Positions 38,766 through 48,171 of a stretch of 64,000 bases of DNA are shown one piece after another. A program made the position numbers and the translations under genes. The notes beneath the pieces were generated by a model. The model had not been told where the DNA came from and did not search any database. It saw only the letters and a program-made list of their open reading frames with translations. Where the stretch lies: the NCBI GenBank assembly GCA_028279475.1, contig JANQNR010000004.1, positions 450,393 through 514,392 on the forward strand, given 5' to 3'. Every line of letters starts with the position of its first letter. Position 1 is the stretch's first letter. This DNA comes from Rickettsiales bacterium (GTDB taxonomy: Bacteria > Pseudomonadota > Alphaproteobacteria > Rickettsiales > UBA998).

Positions 38766-39188
38766 ATGTTTCCGATGCGCATGAAAGTCTATTCGGTGCA
38801 TCTGAATCCGCAGGATCAGAACCCCTACGAGAATGCCGTATTCATCCCGGAAGGCTTTAATTTCTATGCATTTGTCTTTACCGGGTTCTGGGGACTGGCC
38901 AAACGTCTGTGGTGGATGTCTGCCCTGTTCTTTGCTCTGCATTTCGGGAGCGGGTTTTATGGCTCAGCCGTTGGACTCTCTGCCTCCAGCATTATCTTTC
39001 TGGAGTTCGGATTCCGCTTGATGATCGGCCTATCTGCCAATGATCTGTGGCGCTCCTATTTGGAGCGTAAGGGATGGGTGACCAGTGATGTCGTCGTCGC
39101 TTACAGTGAACTCGAGGCTACGCATCGCTACTACGAGCGGCATCTTCACGGGCTGCTGCCCGAAAGCAAAACGCTGGCAGAGCAGTAA
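38766..39188 (+). CDS. DUF2628 domain membrane protein
   Basis: 140 aa with FIPEGFNFYAFVFTGFWGLAKRLWW. It occupies the conserved slot between hisB and hisH seen in alphaproteobacteria (from memory). Confidence 0.7.
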   Translation: MFPMRMKVYSVHLNPQDQNPYENAVFIPEGFNFYAFVFTGFWGLAKRLWWMSALFFALHFGSGFYGSAVGLSASSIIFLEFGFRLMIGLSANDLWRSYLERKGWVTSDVVVAYSELEATHRYYERHLHGLLPESKTLAEQ

Positions 39189-39189
39189 A

Positions 39190-39831
39190 ATGGTTCATAT
39201 CGTTCTGATTGATTATGGTGCCGGTAATCTTCACTCCGTCGCCTCCGGGTTTCGGCGTGTGATGCAGGAGAGTGATACGCTGACTGTCACCGCTGATCCA
39301 ACAGCGCTTATGGACGCCACCCATATCGTATTACCCGGTGTCGGCGCGTTTGGCGACTGTGCCAATGCATTGCACCACTGCACCGGGATGATTGAAGCGC
39401 TAGAACAATACGTACTGCAGAAGACTATCCCGTTTCTGGGTATCTGCGTCGGTATGCAACTCATGCTGGAACGCGGTCACGAGCATGGCATACATCAGGG
39501 TCTTGGATGGATTGAAGGTGATGTACTTCCGATTCCCACTACTAATCATGAGGGAGTGCAACAACGTATTCCCCATATGGGGTGGAATGAGCTGGAAACG
39601 CGTATGACACACCCGCTTTGTGCTGCACTGCAACAAAATACGCATGCGTATTTCGTGCATAGTTATTACGCTGCCTGTAAAAATGCCGATCATATGATCG
39701 CTACAACCCGATATGGCATTGAGATACCTGCCATTATTGGTAAAGACAATCTGGTTGGCACCCAGTTCCATCCGGAAAAAAGTCAGAAAATTGGTGCCAT
39801 GGTACTGGAAAACTTTCTCAAAATGAGGTAA
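39190..39831 (+). CDS. hisH: imidazole glycerol phosphate synthase, glutamine amidotransferase subunit HisH
   Basis: From ATG at 39190: MVHIVLIDYGAGNLHSV, GICVGMQLM (catalytic Cys) and GTQFHPEKS. Confidence 0.94.
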   Translation: MVHIVLIDYGAGNLHSVASGFRRVMQESDTLTVTADPTALMDATHIVLPGVGAFGDCANALHHCTGMIEALEQYVLQKTIPFLGICVGMQLMLERGHEHGIHQGLGWIEGDVLPIPTTNHEGVQQRIPHMGWNELETRMTHPLCAALQQNTHAYFVHSYYAACKNADHMIATTRYGIEIPAIIGKDNLVGTQFHPEKSQKIGAMVLENFLKMR

Positions 39832-39838
39832 GATAACA

Positions 39839-40411
39839 ATGTTTATGAGTTCTACTGCGCTAAAACAATCCTCCGAACCACAAATACGGGTAGGAAAAAT
39901 TGACCGCCTGGGAACTGAAGACCTCAATAATTTGTGCGACGCAACAGAATTAGCCATTGCCGATGGCATCGGGTTTAACTGGCTAACGCCACCGCTACGG
40001 GAAACACTGGAATCCTACTGGAAAGGTGTGCTGGTCGTTCCTGAACGCATCCTAATCGGTGCGTGGCTGGACGGTGTGCTATGTGGCTCGATTCAATTAG
40101 TCAGACCCAGTCGTTCCAAAGAAACCTCCTATTTCTGCGCCCAGATTGAAAATCACTTTGTTGCGCCATGGGCACGGGGACACGGGCTTGCCGTGCGCCT
40201 GCTGGAACATGCGGAACGTGAAGCAGCGGTATTGGGCTTCACCAGTATTCGCCTGAGTGTCCGGGAAACACAGGAACGCGCCCTGCACCTTTATGAGGAG
40301 CAGAACTACACCAAATGGGGCATCTTGCCAGACTATGAATTCGTTGGTGGTGAAATGATTCCCGGGCATTTCTTCTATAAAACACTCTCGCCCGCTTCCT
40401 CAATTGAGTAG
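39839..40411 (+). CDS. GNAT family N-acetyltransferase
   Basis: 190 aa with VAPWARGHGLAVRLLEHAEREAAVLGFTSIRLSVRETQERALHLYEEQNY, a GNAT core. Confidence 0.75.
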   Translation: MFMSSTALKQSSEPQIRVGKIDRLGTEDLNNLCDATELAIADGIGFNWLTPPLRETLESYWKGVLVVPERILIGAWLDGVLCGSIQLVRPSRSKETSYFCAQIENHFVAPWARGHGLAVRLLEHAEREAAVLGFTSIRLSVRETQERALHLYEEQNYTKWGILPDYEFVGGEMIPGHFFYKTLSPASSIE

Positions 40412-40497
40412 ACTGTAACGTAATACCTACGTCCCTGTTATTCCGCATAGCCTAGCGACTCAGGAGTCACGTGCGACGTACTTTTTATCTCCCCGCT

Positions 40498-40556
40498 TAT
40501 CCGCTCTCCCCCGCCTGCACCACGCACGCGGAGGCACAAGCGAGGAGAGGGTGTTG
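40498..40556. repeat. GC-rich imperfect palindromic element sharing a 14-mer with the smpB-downstream cassette
   Basis: TATCCGCTCTCCCC at 40498-40511 is identical to 6771-6784. It is followed by ...GCCTGCACCACGCACGCGGAGGC...GGAGAGGG, imperfect inverted repeats. The element lies between the convergent GNAT and motB genes. Confidence 0.5.
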
Positions 40557-40596
40557 CGGAATTCTGTATGAGTACACTAAGCAGACAAAGTCGAAT

Positions 40597-41670
40597 CTAA
40601 TTTGGCACGAATTCAATGATGCTTTCCGAATCAACGGATTCATTCTGAAGCGGTACTTCTGGGATGATTGTCACCGGTGAGAAGTTTTCTTCTTCTACTT
40701 CCTTTTGCTCAAGCGACTCTTCCTGTGTCTCTTCAGATTTCTTATCCTCAAATTCCAACGCTTCCTGCCTACGTTCAGAGTTTGGCAACACGCCATGCAC
40801 CGCCGGACGATCCATATGCGGTATCACCATATGCGACCCACGCAGTAGAAGAATCTCGATACGCCGGTTCTTCGGATGGGTCGGCGTATTCGGCAATAAT
40901 AACTCCTTATCCGCACGTCCCTGCACCTTCGCCACCCGCTCTTCCAGCATCCCCTGTCGAATCATATAGCGTCGTGCGGAATTCGCCCGTTCGGTAGATA
41001 ATTCCCAGTTGGAATAATTTCGGCGCTTCCTGAATGCGGAAGCATCAGTATGCCCGGTGATGGAAATATGGTTTGGCAGCCCTCTAATAATCTCGGTAAT
41101 GCGCGCCACAATACGCTGCCCCGCTTCCGTTAATGCCGTATGTCCCGGATGAAACATTGGTCTGCCGTCCGTATCCATGATCTGAATTTTCAGCCCTTCA
41201 GGGGTTTGCTCCACCATGATATTATCACCCAGATCACTCAACGTCTTATCCTGTGCCGTAATCTGGCTAATGGATGAAGCCGTCTGCTCAAACAGCATCT
41301 GTTCGCCTTCAGGTGACTCTACTACGGATCGCCGTTGCGGTTTTCCCGGCTTGATTCCCTGAGGCATCTGCCCTGTCACAATACCGGGGGCAGATTTGTC
41401 GTTACGACGTGTCCCATCCTCCATATTGTCCGTCTGTCCGCCTTCAAATCCAATCCCCATGGAATCTTTCAGGCCGAATGTGGGGCTAAAATAATCGGCA
41501 ATACCTTGTAATTGTGCATCCGATGCACTGGAAAGCAGCCACAATAACAGAAAGAACGCCATCATTGCCGTTACGAAATCGGCATAGGCAACCTTCCAGG
41601 CTCCCCCATGATGACCGCCTTCCTCAATGGTGATTTTCTTAATGATAATGGGTTGTTCGACTTCTGCCAT
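40597..41670 (-). CDS. motB: flagellar stator protein MotB (OmpA-like C-terminal domain)
   Basis: WKVAYADFVTAMMAFFLLLWLL (TM with the conserved Asp) and the OmpA/MotB peptidoglycan-binding region (ITGHTD......N..LS..RA......L). Confidence 0.88.
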   Translation of the reverse strand: MAEVEQPIIIKKITIEEGGHHGGAWKVAYADFVTAMMAFFLLLWLLSSASDAQLQGIADYFSPTFGLKDSMGIGFEGGQTDNMEDGTRRNDKSAPGIVTGQMPQGIKPGKPQRRSVVESPEGEQMLFEQTASSISQITAQDKTLSDLGDNIMVEQTPEGLKIQIMDTDGRPMFHPGHTALTEAGQRIVARITEIIRGLPNHISITGHTDASAFRKRRNYSNWELSTERANSARRYMIRQGMLEERVAKVQGRADKELLLPNTPTHPKNRRIEILLLRGSHMVIPHMDRPAVHGVLPNSERRQEALEFEDKKSEETQEESLEQKEVEEENFSPVTIIPEVPLQNESVDSESIIEFVPN

Positions 41671-41743
41671 AGCGTTTCCTATCTAAGAGACAGAAGATTG
41701 AAAAAACATTAATACGGTGGGAGCACGTGGCATTTATTGATAC

Positions 41744-41772
41744 AAAAAAGGCAGGAGCCGTTGACTCCTGCC
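41744..41772 (-). terminator. Rho-independent terminator after the TadG-like gene
   Basis: The minus strand reads GGCAGGAG-ucaacgg-CUCCUGCC followed by U6, 24 nt after the stop at 41796. Confidence 0.8.
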
Positions 41773-41795
41773 TATCCGGCCTATCATTCTCGCCA

Positions 41796-43112
41796 CTATT
41801 TGGTGATACGCAGATCAATCAGACGATTGGCAATATCATCAAATGCCTGAGCCAACGCCTCTGAATTCTCCGCCGAATAGAAACTCTGCGGTGATGCACA
41901 GCCACGTAACCGACTTGCTACCTCATGATCTGCAGGCACATCAAATGCGATCGTATACACTTGAATTCCTTCCAGCTTGGCTTGCTCACACAAACTTTCC
42001 AACCGGTCGTCTGCATCTCCATCTTCATGGAAGCCCTGACCATCACCACCCAGAATATCATAGCCCGGCGGATCACATTTACGATTCGGATATTCATTAA
42101 TACCATCCGTCATCAAGATCATGATTTTACTGACATCGAGACTCTCCACGGCACTGAACGGCGCCGGGTTACTGCCCGGGCTCTCATGCGCGGAACTGCC
42201 GGTGAACAATCCGACATTCTGCGGGCGAAGTGCCGCCCAGCCATAATAAAAACCCATGGCCACATTGGTACCGCCTTCCAGTACGATTTCTGCATTGTTA
42301 ATGTCATTCAGCATATCCGTCGGGTCACTGCGCAGACCGGTAATGGAAGGGAAATTGTCAAACGCATCTTCACTCGTGTCCAGGCAGAAGTTGAAGTCCT
42401 TATCCGAACCGTTAATGCGCACGGCATGGGTGTAAGGAATGTAAGAATAATAGGCTGTTGCATCCGGATCATTGGTTGCATCAATGGAACGTTCAATATC
42501 TTCAACAAATTGATTCACTGCTGCTTTTAAGTTCTCATATTTGGTACAATCAGAATCTAATACACGATCATTTCCCCAGAGTTTCCCGGTATTTTCCTCA
42601 ATACACATGGATGCCGAATTATCCAGCACCAGCGCCACTTCCAACTGACTGGTGACGGTACGCACCACCTCAGCCCCTACACCGCCACCAGTACTATCGA
42701 CTGTTTGCTGTGTTCCTCCCAAAATACCACCAAATATTAAATCCAACTCGTAATCCACGGTGCCGGAAACGGCGCCGCTCTCAGGATCAACAGTAATATC
42801 TATATCGTCATCAGTAATATCGGTTCCAAGATAGCCGTCAGGAAAATTGGCACGAAAGAACTGGCGACCACGATCCTCCACCTCATCCCTTTCCTGCTGG
42901 GTCGGGTTGGTACGGGTAATATCCGCCGCACCAAGCAAGGCGGCATCCAGTGACGTGAGCACTTTCTGGCGTGCCAGTTGCACACGCGCCAGATCAATCG
43001 CCATGGCGGTGATGAACATCAGCAGTCCTAATGTCAGCCCGATGATGGGGGCGACTGCCCCGCGACCATCGCGGGACAATCGTATCAGTGTAGTACTACG
43101 TCGTATCGTCAT
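41796..43112 (-). CDS. TadG-like (TadE/G N-terminal) protein with von Willebrand factor A domain
   Basis: N-terminus GRGAVAPIIGLTLGLLMFITAMAIDLARV (Flp pilus-assembly TadE/G-like) and a vWA MIDAS-type motif, LVLDNSASM ... MILMTDG. Confidence 0.75.
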   Translation of the reverse strand: MTIRRSTTLIRLSRDGRGAVAPIIGLTLGLLMFITAMAIDLARVQLARQKVLTSLDAALLGAADITRTNPTQQERDEVEDRGRQFFRANFPDGYLGTDITDDDIDITVDPESGAVSGTVDYELDLIFGGILGGTQQTVDSTGGGVGAEVVRTVTSQLEVALVLDNSASMCIEENTGKLWGNDRVLDSDCTKYENLKAAVNQFVEDIERSIDATNDPDATAYYSYIPYTHAVRINGSDKDFNFCLDTSEDAFDNFPSITGLRSDPTDMLNDINNAEIVLEGGTNVAMGFYYGWAALRPQNVGLFTGSSAHESPGSNPAPFSAVESLDVSKIMILMTDGINEYPNRKCDPPGYDILGGDGQGFHEDGDADDRLESLCEQAKLEGIQVYTIAFDVPADHEVASRLRGCASPQSFYSAENSEALAQAFDDIANRLIDLRITK

Positions 43113-43138
43113 AATCTCTCTCCTTCAACTCCTCTCCC

Positions 43139-44320
43139 TTAGCTACCAAACACAGGAGGTGGTGGCGGCGGTGCCGGAGGTGGTGGCGGCGGTGGTGGTG
43201 GAGCCGGCGGCGGTGGCGGCGAAGGCGGCTTTGGCTTCGGCTTTGGTTTTGGTCTAGGGTTCGGCTTTGGCTTTGGCCTAGGATTCGGCTTCGGTTTTGG
43301 CGTTGGTGGTGGCGGCTTACAGATGGATCCATTTGGGTCTTCCGTCGGCGGCACAAGCTGGTCATTCTCATCCCAACATGGCTCACATTGTTTTTCATCT
43401 GCCGTTAAATCGGCACAGCAACGCTCCCGACGAGGGCAATTATAGAGTGATCCGGCACCGGAAAGCTCCGAGTTACACGTTGCCAGCGCTGCTAATAAAT
43501 CGCGAGGCTTATCATAAGGATTTCCATCCTCATCCTCTTCATCATCGTCCCCTATTGGTGTGAGCTCATCCTTCGGGTAACAGATACAAGGATGCGGTAC
43601 ATCATCGCCAATATCCAGATCATAATCCCGGTCAAGGAATCGCTTACCATCCCTAAATGGCGCTACATCATCTTCATCATCACGGTAATAACCGCACACA
43701 CCCGGCGGACTGCCAAGCGTTTGTGGAACCACCACTTTTTCGTCCGCTTCCAAATCAAAACGATACCGGTAAAACGCGGATTTATAGAGCTGGCTTCCTT
43801 CAAGATTATTCCCGGCAACGCCCAGATCATCAATCAGGCTGCCCAGGATATTGCTATGCTCATGTGATACCTCAACGGCAATAATCCGATCAGCCGGCAA
43901 AGGCACAATTCCCCCAAGATCTGCCTGAGTGACAACATCACCCTGCCCTCCCACCTCGGAATTAATATTCCCCGTGGATGACTGATAGACGATACGATGC
44001 TCGTCTTCTCCGGGAGGAATACGGATAACACTTAGTACAAACCCGGAATCATCGGTGCCAAAAGGGCTCATCAGCGCTTCAAAACTGTTCTGCAACCCAG
44101 CGGCCGTCTGAGTTTCCGGTTGCGGTGACAATGCGATAAAATCAGCCAACTGTGCCGCTGCTTTATCTACTTTCTGATGCACCAGCACATAGCGGGTTAG
44201 CTCAATCATACCGACGAACATGAGCAGCAATAACGGCAACACCAGCGCAAACTCAATCGCCGCGACGCCATGCTCTTTTTTCAGCAGTTTTTTCAGTGAA
44301 GTTGATCCTGTGCTATCCAT
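43139..44320 (-). CDS. TadE-like protein with Cys-rich region and Pro/Lys-rich C-terminal tail
   Basis: GVAAIEFALVLPLLLLMFVGMIELTRY is the TadE-like N-terminal motif. The C-terminus reads KPPPPTPKPKPNPRPKPKPNPRPKPKPKPKPPSPPPPPAPPPPPPPPPAPPPPPPVFGS. The track start at 44329 is GTG, so I prefer the ATG at 44320. Confidence 0.7.
   Translation of the reverse strand: MDSTGSTSLKKLLKKEHGVAAIEFALVLPLLLLMFVGMIELTRYVLVHQKVDKAAAQLADFIALSPQPETQTAAGLQNSFEALMSPFGTDDSGFVLSVIRIPPGEDEHRIVYQSSTGNINSEVGGQGDVVTQADLGGIVPLPADRIIAVEVSHEHSNILGSLIDDLGVAGNNLEGSQLYKSAFYRYRFDLEADEKVVVPQTLGSPPGVCGYYRDDEDDVAPFRDGKRFLDRDYDLDIGDDVPHPCICYPKDELTPIGDDDEEDEDGNPYDKPRDLLAALATCNSELSGAGSLYNCPRRERCCADLTADEKQCEPCWDENDQLVPPTEDPNGSICKPPPPTPKPKPNPRPKPKPNPRPKPKPKPKPPSPPPPPAPPPPPPPPPAPPPPPPVFGS
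43142..43318 (-). repeat. coding low-complexity/tandem repeat (PKPKPNPR x2 plus poly-Pro)
   Basis: The plus strand shows GG(C/T)TT(T/C)GG periodicity and two roughly 24-bp units (TCTAGGGTTCGGCTTTGGCTTTGG / CCTAGGATTCGGCTTCGGTTTTGG). Confidence 0.85.
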
Positions 44321-44347
44321 AACAATCACCTGTTTTTACTAAAACCC

Positions 44348-44905
44348 TTAATTAAACCCTTCATTGCGTACAATCATCGATGATTGAATCACATATTCGC
44401 CATCGTTAAAAAACTTCCCGACCAATGGTGTAAATAATTCCCAGCAATAGGCCACATTATAGACCATCGCGTTTCCTCCGCTACCACCGGAAGAGCAACT
44501 TGCCTGATTATCAATGGTGGCACCACAAGTAAATCCACTCCCCGGTACGGCAGGTAAATTGCCAAACGTATTACCGATATCTGTACAGCTAATATTCAGA
44601 TTATCCTGATTAATAAACGACCCTGCCATTTTTCTTATTTCTTCCTTAATCATTCCCACGCGATCAAGTGATCCATCAGGGTTCGGGCGCTCCCCGGCAT
44701 AGTCACTTCCGGTAATTCCCAGTCGCGCCGCATTGCGCACCGATCCCTCAATCACGTTCATGGCAACCAAAATCAGCCCCAATTCAATAATCCCGATCAT
44801 CAGAAGAAACAAGATTGGTGCCACCAGCGCAAACTCAATTGCCGTTGCACCGCTGTCATCGCGGCGAATCCTGCTGTTGCTCATTATGCTTTTCGGGCGC
44901 TTCAT
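44348..44905 (-). CDS. TadE-like pseudopilin-type protein
   Basis: 185 aa with the N-terminal motif GATAIEFALVAPILFLLMIGIIELG. Confidence 0.75.
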   Translation of the reverse strand: MKRPKSIMSNSRIRRDDSGATAIEFALVAPILFLLMIGIIELGLILVAMNVIEGSVRNAARLGITGSDYAGERPNPDGSLDRVGMIKEEIRKMAGSFINQDNLNISCTDIGNTFGNLPAVPGSGFTCGATIDNQASCSSGGSGGNAMVYNVAYCWELFTPLVGKFFNDGEYVIQSSMIVRNEGFN

Positions 44906-45009
44906 CGTTTACTTACAAGACTCCATTGTCCTATATTATTGCATAAAAGTTATTTTACCGTAAATTTTGCCAAAATACCATGGTAAAATTTTTATCGCTA
45001 TCATTGTGC

Positions 45010-46830
45010 TCAACCGCCAAACAATGTAACCAACTCCCGTGTCATGGTCTCACCGAGTCGGGTCACGTCTTTCAAACACACCGATTGCCGATAGTAACGC
45101 GTCACGTCATGACCAATGCCAATCGCCGTTAGTTCCGTCGCATGATCACTCTCTATCCGGTTGATTACCTCACGTAAATGCCGGTCCAGATAGCCAGGCC
45201 GATTGGCAGAGAGTGTGGCATCATCGACTGGCGCACCATCAGAAATGACCAGGAGAATGCGCCGTGCCTCGCGCCGCTGTTGCAATCGCTCATAAGCCCA
45301 AAGCAACGCTTCCCCGTCGATATTCTCTTTCAGCAGCCCTTCTTTTAACATCACCGCCAGCTGTTTTCGTGCCCGCAAATACGGCATATCGGCGGATTTA
45401 TAGATAATATGCCGCAAATCGTTCAGGCGCCCCGGTAGCGCCGGTTTCCCCGCCTGTACCCATGCCTTATGCGATGCCCCCCCTTTCCATTCGCGTGTCG
45501 TAAATCCCAGAATTTCTACCTTGACCCCGGCGCGCTCCAGGACTCGTGCCAAGATATCTGTTGCCAGCGCAGTAATGGTAATCGGCCGCCCACGCATCGA
45601 GCCGGAATTATCCAGCAGCATTGTCACCACTGTATCCTGAAAGTCTGTGTCCTGCTCCTGCTTAAAGATAGTGGTGTTTGCCGGATTCGCAATCATTCCC
45701 GCCAACCGTCCGCTATGGAGCACCCCCTCTTCCTCGTTAAACTGCCAACGGCGCTGCTGCCGCGCTATCAATAAACGCTGCAATTGAGCAGACAGGCGCG
45801 TAAATGTGGTATCGACTCCCTGCATTTTTTCATCCAGTACGGCACGCAACCGTACCATTTCCTCATCACTCACCAGTTGACCAGCTGCAATTACTTCATC
45901 ATGCTCGGTTGTATAGGCGGCATATGGTGCAGGCGCTTCTATGACAGGTATAGATGCCGGCGGCGGCTCCAGCATATCCGCGACCATAACACCCGCATGC
46001 ATTTCCTTAAGACCACCCTCTTCTATTTGCACATCTTGTGCCCCAGATACCACCTCATCAGCTGCAGCAGGCATTGTTTCTACCTCATCCGCTGACGGTA
46101 TATTAACGTCTGACGGCAAATCCTCTTGTGCATCCGCTCCTTCTGCCTCTACAGGTTCGCTAGGATGCATCTCAGATAGCTCCGGCACAGTCCCCTGCCA
46201 TGCCTCCAAGGATGACAGCGCCTGTAGTAATGCCTGTAACTGTTGGTAAAACTCTAATTGATTATCCAAACTGCCTGCCAATTGCGACAGGATGCCTCCG
46301 CTTACTTTTCGAATACAGCCTTCCCACTTGGAAAAATATGGTCTCAATGCAGGCGGCGGTTCCATCCCCATCACATCTCGAATCAACAGGAATTGCAGAA
46401 TTTTTGCCCATGGCGGGGCCTCATCCTGCAACAAATGCGCGTATCCCTGTTGTTCATCCTGTTGTAACCATTGTCGATAAATATTGTGCCAGGCACCGTG
46501 CATATAGCGTGTCCCGTGTAATGCGATCCGGGTGATTTCCAGTGTATCGTAGATATGCCGGGTGGTTTCTTCACCCGCCGCGTGCCGGCGATGCAGGTTC
46601 TCGTCATGGTATTTTCTGGCCAACCCCAACTGATCCACATAACCATACAGCGACACCGTACTCTCAACATTGTCCGGTGGCGGCAAAAAATAATGACTAT
46701 GCCGTTCCAGCACCGATGGCACATGCTGCCCCTGAATCGTAATGCGCAGGTCAACACCCGCTCCCGCAAGCGCACGCGCAGATGCTTCAAGCCTTGATTC
46801 CAGCGTTTTTAATTGATGCGGCAACGCCAC
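45010..46830 (-). CDS. cobT: CobT-like protein (cobaltochelatase CobT family, C-terminal vWA domain)
   Basis: The C-terminal region is strongly CobT-like. It reads [47 protein letters not shown]...[15 protein letters not shown]...[32 protein letters not shown]...[12 protein letters not shown]. The start codon at 46830 is GTG. Confidence 0.85.
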   Translation of the reverse strand: MALPHQLKTLESRLEASARALAGAGVDLRITIQGQHVPSVLERHSHYFLPPPDNVESTVSLYGYVDQLGLARKYHDENLHRRHAAGEETTRHIYDTLEITRIALHGTRYMHGAWHNIYRQWLQQDEQQGYAHLLQDEAPPWAKILQFLLIRDVMGMEPPPALRPYFSKWEGCIRKVSGGILSQLAGSLDNQLEFYQQLQALLQALSSLEAWQGTVPELSEMHPSEPVEAEGADAQEDLPSDVNIPSADEVETMPAAADEVVSGAQDVQIEEGGLKEMHAGVMVADMLEPPPASIPVIEAPAPYAAYTTEHDEVIAAGQLVSDEEMVRLRAVLDEKMQGVDTTFTRLSAQLQRLLIARQQRRWQFNEEEGVLHSGRLAGMIANPANTTIFKQEQDTDFQDTVVTMLLDNSGSMRGRPITITALATDILARVLERAGVKVEILGFTTREWKGGASHKAWVQAGKPALPGRLNDLRHIIYKSADMPYLRARKQLAVMLKEGLLKENIDGEALLWAYERLQQRREARRILLVISDGAPVDDATLSANRPGYLDRHLREVINRIESDHATELTAIGIGHDVTRYYRQSVCLKDVTRLGETMTRELVTLFGG

Positions 46831-46840
46831 AGTTCAGACC

Positions 46841-47839
46841 TTATGAATGCGGCTGTCGGTTCGGTAGCAATAGCGTCCCACGCAATATACCACTCGCCAT
46901 ACCATAACGCCCACGAAGCGCATCACGAATGCCTGCACCCATCGCACGAAACTTATTGACACGATCTTCTTCAAAACAGGCGATTTTCATCACATCATAC
47001 AGAATCGCACAGATGTCGAATATAACATATGCAGGTATATTGCGACCATGTTTACGCCATAACGCCAGTCGGTTACGATAAATGTAATAACGGCGTTCAG
47101 CGCTATGATTACTGGTCGTCACACAGGCTCCCAACACACGGTTATCCCGACAATGCCCCAACTGATGATGCAGCATGGCGGAACGCACCGCTACAATGCG
47201 CAATCCGGCTTCAATCATGCGCAGCGAAAAATCATAATCTACCTGGTCAATGCATAGAGACTCATCCATCATCCCCACCTGCCGCAGGGTATCAGCGGGA
47301 ATCAGGCTCCCGGATGCAATGGCCAGCATCACATCATCCATGCGCTGTTTGTTACCGAACCCGGTTTTGAGATACATCCAGCGGGAGAGATGGCGAACAT
47401 AGCGCGCTTTGCGGCGGGAATGGCGATCCGTGATGTTTGGCACCAACATACCCACCTGCTGCGGCTGTGCATCCGTTCGGTAAGCACGCAGCATCTCGAC
47501 CACCATTTCACGATCCGGCACACTGTCATGATCCAGCAACAATACCCACTCGCAACCTTTTCCCAGCACATGCTGGATACCAAGATTTTGTGCTTTCGCC
47601 AGATTATTGACAGGATGCTCAACCACATAGCGTGCAGTCGTAGATTGTTCGACAAACTGCCGCACATAATCCAGTGTGTCATCCTCCGACGCATTATCGA
47701 CAATAACACATATGTCAGCAATTGCCGCTGCCGCTTCCAGCGTACGCTGCACCGCTTGACCGGTATCATGCGTCACAATTACAGCGCCGATACGCTGCCG
47801 TTCAAACGGACGGGAATATTGCTGTGCATTCTCTCTCAT
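46841..47839 (-). CDS. glycosyltransferase family 2 protein (rhamnosyltransferase-like)
   Basis: IGAVIVTHDTG......L......D.ICVIVDNASEDDT and LLLDHDS (DXD-type) in a 332-aa protein. Confidence 0.75.
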   Translation of the reverse strand: MRENAQQYSRPFERQRIGAVIVTHDTGQAVQRTLEAAAAIADICVIVDNASEDDTLDYVRQFVEQSTTARYVVEHPVNNLAKAQNLGIQHVLGKGCEWVLLLDHDSVPDREMVVEMLRAYRTDAQPQQVGMLVPNITDRHSRRKARYVRHLSRWMYLKTGFGNKQRMDDVMLAIASGSLIPADTLRQVGMMDESLCIDQVDYDFSLRMIEAGLRIVAVRSAMLHHQLGHCRDNRVLGACVTTSNHSAERRYYIYRNRLALWRKHGRNIPAYVIFDICAILYDVMKIACFEEDRVNKFRAMGAGIRDALRGRYGMASGILRGTLLLPNRQPHS

Positions 47840-47966
47840 GTCATTCCCTTATCAGACGGCAAAAAATTTGGCAATCCGGTTGTTTTAATACTGGATTTAT
47901 TCATATAAATCGTTATAGTCCCGTGACATCGAATACTAAGATACGTGATATTTCAGGAGTAGACTC

Positions 47967-48155
47967 ATGGCTGTACCTAAACGGAAAACCACCCCATCAA
48001 AGCGGGGCATGCGGCGCGCGCACGATCGTAAGGCCGTTAGAAAGAAAGCATACGGTGAAGATAAAACCACTGGCGCACTGAAACGCCCGCACCATGTAAG
48101 TCCGGACGGCTATTATAACGGCCGACTGGTGACCGACAGTAAAGTTAACGCCTAA
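47967..48155 (+). CDS. rpmF: 50S ribosomal protein L32
   Basis: [20 protein letters not shown], with SD AGGAG. Confidence 0.96.
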   Translation: MAVPKRKTTPSKRGMRRAHDRKAVRKKAYGEDKTTGALKRPHHVSPDGYYNGRLVTDSKVNA

Positions 48156-48171
48156 CGGCATAGTCAACATT

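Noticed and set aside
43142-43318. Short tandem DNA repeats considered as a possible CRISPR or VNTR array
   Set aside because: The units are 6-24 bp with no spacers and lie in-frame inside a CDS (Pro/Lys-rich tail). No CRISPR-like repeat-spacer array and no cas genes occur anywhere in the window.
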